Shown here: one piece after another, positions 62,939 through 64,000 of the stretch
Position numbering within the stretch: the first letter of the stretch is position 1
Layout: the number at the start of each line of letters is the position of its first letter
DNA from: an uncultured cyanobacterium
GTDB taxonomy: Bacteria > Cyanobacteriota > Cyanobacteriia > Cyanobacteriales > Cyanobacteriaceae
Direction: 5' to 3'
NCBI GenBank assembly: GCA_963710605.1
Contig: CAVQBA010000004.1
Coordinates: forward strand, 1,056,001-1,120,000
Length of the DNA stretch: 64,000 nt
Made by a program: the position numbers and the translations under genes
The notes under the pieces: generated by a model
What the model was told of the DNA's origin: nothing
What the model saw: only the letters and a program-made list of their open reading frames with translations
Databases searched by the model: none

Positions 62939-64000
62939 CTATAATTCTGCTGTGCGACCTTTTTGAGGGAAAATACCAGAAGGTTTGACCTGCAAAAAAG
63001 CGATAATCAAGATAAATACAAGTACTTTCGCCATACTAGTCGTCGCAAAAAAGTTAATTATATCTAGTACAGGTGTCAAAGATTCTTGAGACATAACCAT
63101 TAAACCCAAAGTACCAGAACCGATTAAGTAAGTCAAAATACCGATCGCTAGAGCGGCAATAACAGAACCTAAAAGATTACCCACACCACCTACTACAACT
63201 ACCATAAAAGCATCTACAATGTAGTTTTGACCAGTATTTGGACCAACTGAACCAAGTAAACTAATCGCCACTCCAGCCACGCCTGCTAACCCCGAACCTA
63301 GAGCAAAAGTCAAAGCATCAACTGTCGCTGTGGGAATACCCAAACAAGAACTCATCGTTCGGTTTTGAGTTACAGCACGAATTTTCAAACCCCAATTTGT
63401 ACCATTGAAAAACCAATAAACACCACCCATACAAATCAAGGTTAAAACAATGATAAATATACGAGCAGTGGGAAATTGAAATGCTCCTAGGGGGACTCCT
63501 CCTCTGAGCCATTCAGGGGCGGTAACATCAACGTTTCTGGCACTAAACCAAGGTTTTGTTAACGCTTCATTATTAGATTGATTAAGTAAAACACCTGTAA
63601 CGATCGCAATTAAACTAGCTAAAGGAAGACAAATTGAGATAAATAAATTTTTGATTTGTAACCAATTAGGGCGACGAGAAAAGAACCACATCGCACCAAA
63701 AAAGAAAGCGGCAAAAACAACAAGTGCGATCGTCATCGACAAATTTACACTACGTACAAACTGACGTAAAATTAAACTAACTCCCCATGTAGCCAAAAGA
63801 GTTTCTAACGGTCTGCCATAAAGAAAACGAATTACCCCTCTTTCTAAAATTATTCCCACGATCGCACCGACGATAAAAGCACAAGGAATAGCGACAATAA
63901 TATAAAGACTAAACCAAGGCTCACCTAAAGGTTTAAATATATTTTGGACGACAAAAGTGGTGTATGCCCCAATCATCATCAATTCTCCGTGAGCAAGATT
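62939..64000 (-). CDS. urtB: Urea ABC transporter permease UrtB, 3' part (5' end off window)
   Basis: NLAHGELMMIGAY at the edge, LYGRPLETLLATWGVSL, RAVTQNR, YIVDAFMVVV.GGVG and P.G.FPQKGR motifs. Confidence 0.92.
   Translation of the reverse strand, partial: NLAHGELMMIGAYTTFVVQNIFKPLGEPWFSLYIIVAIPCAFIVGAIVGIILERGVIRFLYGRPLETLLATWGVSLILRQFVRSVNLSMTIALVVFAAFFFGAMWFFSRRPNWLQIKNLFISICLPLASLIAIVTGVLLNQSNNEALTKPWFSARNVDVTAPEWLRGGVPLGAFQFPTARIFIIVLTLICMGGVYWFFNGTNWGLKIRAVTQNRTMSSCLGIPTATVDALTFALGSGLAGVAGVAISLLGSVGPNTGQNYIVDAFMVVVVGGVGNLLGSVIAALAIGILTYLIGSGTLGLMVMSQESLTPVLDIINFFATTSMAKVLVFILIIAFLQVKPSGIFPQKGRTAEL

Overview
AT-rich cyanobacterial chromosomal window, most consistent with the Cyanobacterium/Geminocystis group (inferred from gene content, abundant CGATCG/HIP1 sites and heptamer tandem repeats). 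It is mostly housekeeping: partial ileS, ferritin, mtnP, a Hik2-like kinase, a COG0523 GTPase, ispF, rpsB-tsf, pth, rqcH, hisB, pilMNOQ, pepN, nirA, htpG, ruvC, tRNA-Thr(UGU), pgk, eno and partial urtB. Five things stand out. (1) An integrase-free array of toxin-antitoxin cassettes lies directly downstream of htpG. Its ~0.66-kb units are delimited by near-perfect copies of htpG's last 31 bp, each copy sits beside a CGATCG (HIP1 core) site, and the distal modules are decayed. (2) A ~170-210-bp MITE with ISAs1-type ends has inserted twice, with 12-bp target duplications, into the same family of C-rich hairpin repeat, which in turn sits inside a TATAGC-ended element. (3) The same hairpin repeat lies in frame inside ileS. 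(4) A cluster encodes coiled-coil proteins plus a roadblock/longin-like-TM-BON-OmpA protein. (5) Single-base lesions in conserved genes (tsf, pgk, doxX, rpsB) are probably sequencing artefacts, several of them at methylation motifs. All family assignments come from motif recognition by eye; no database searches were run.
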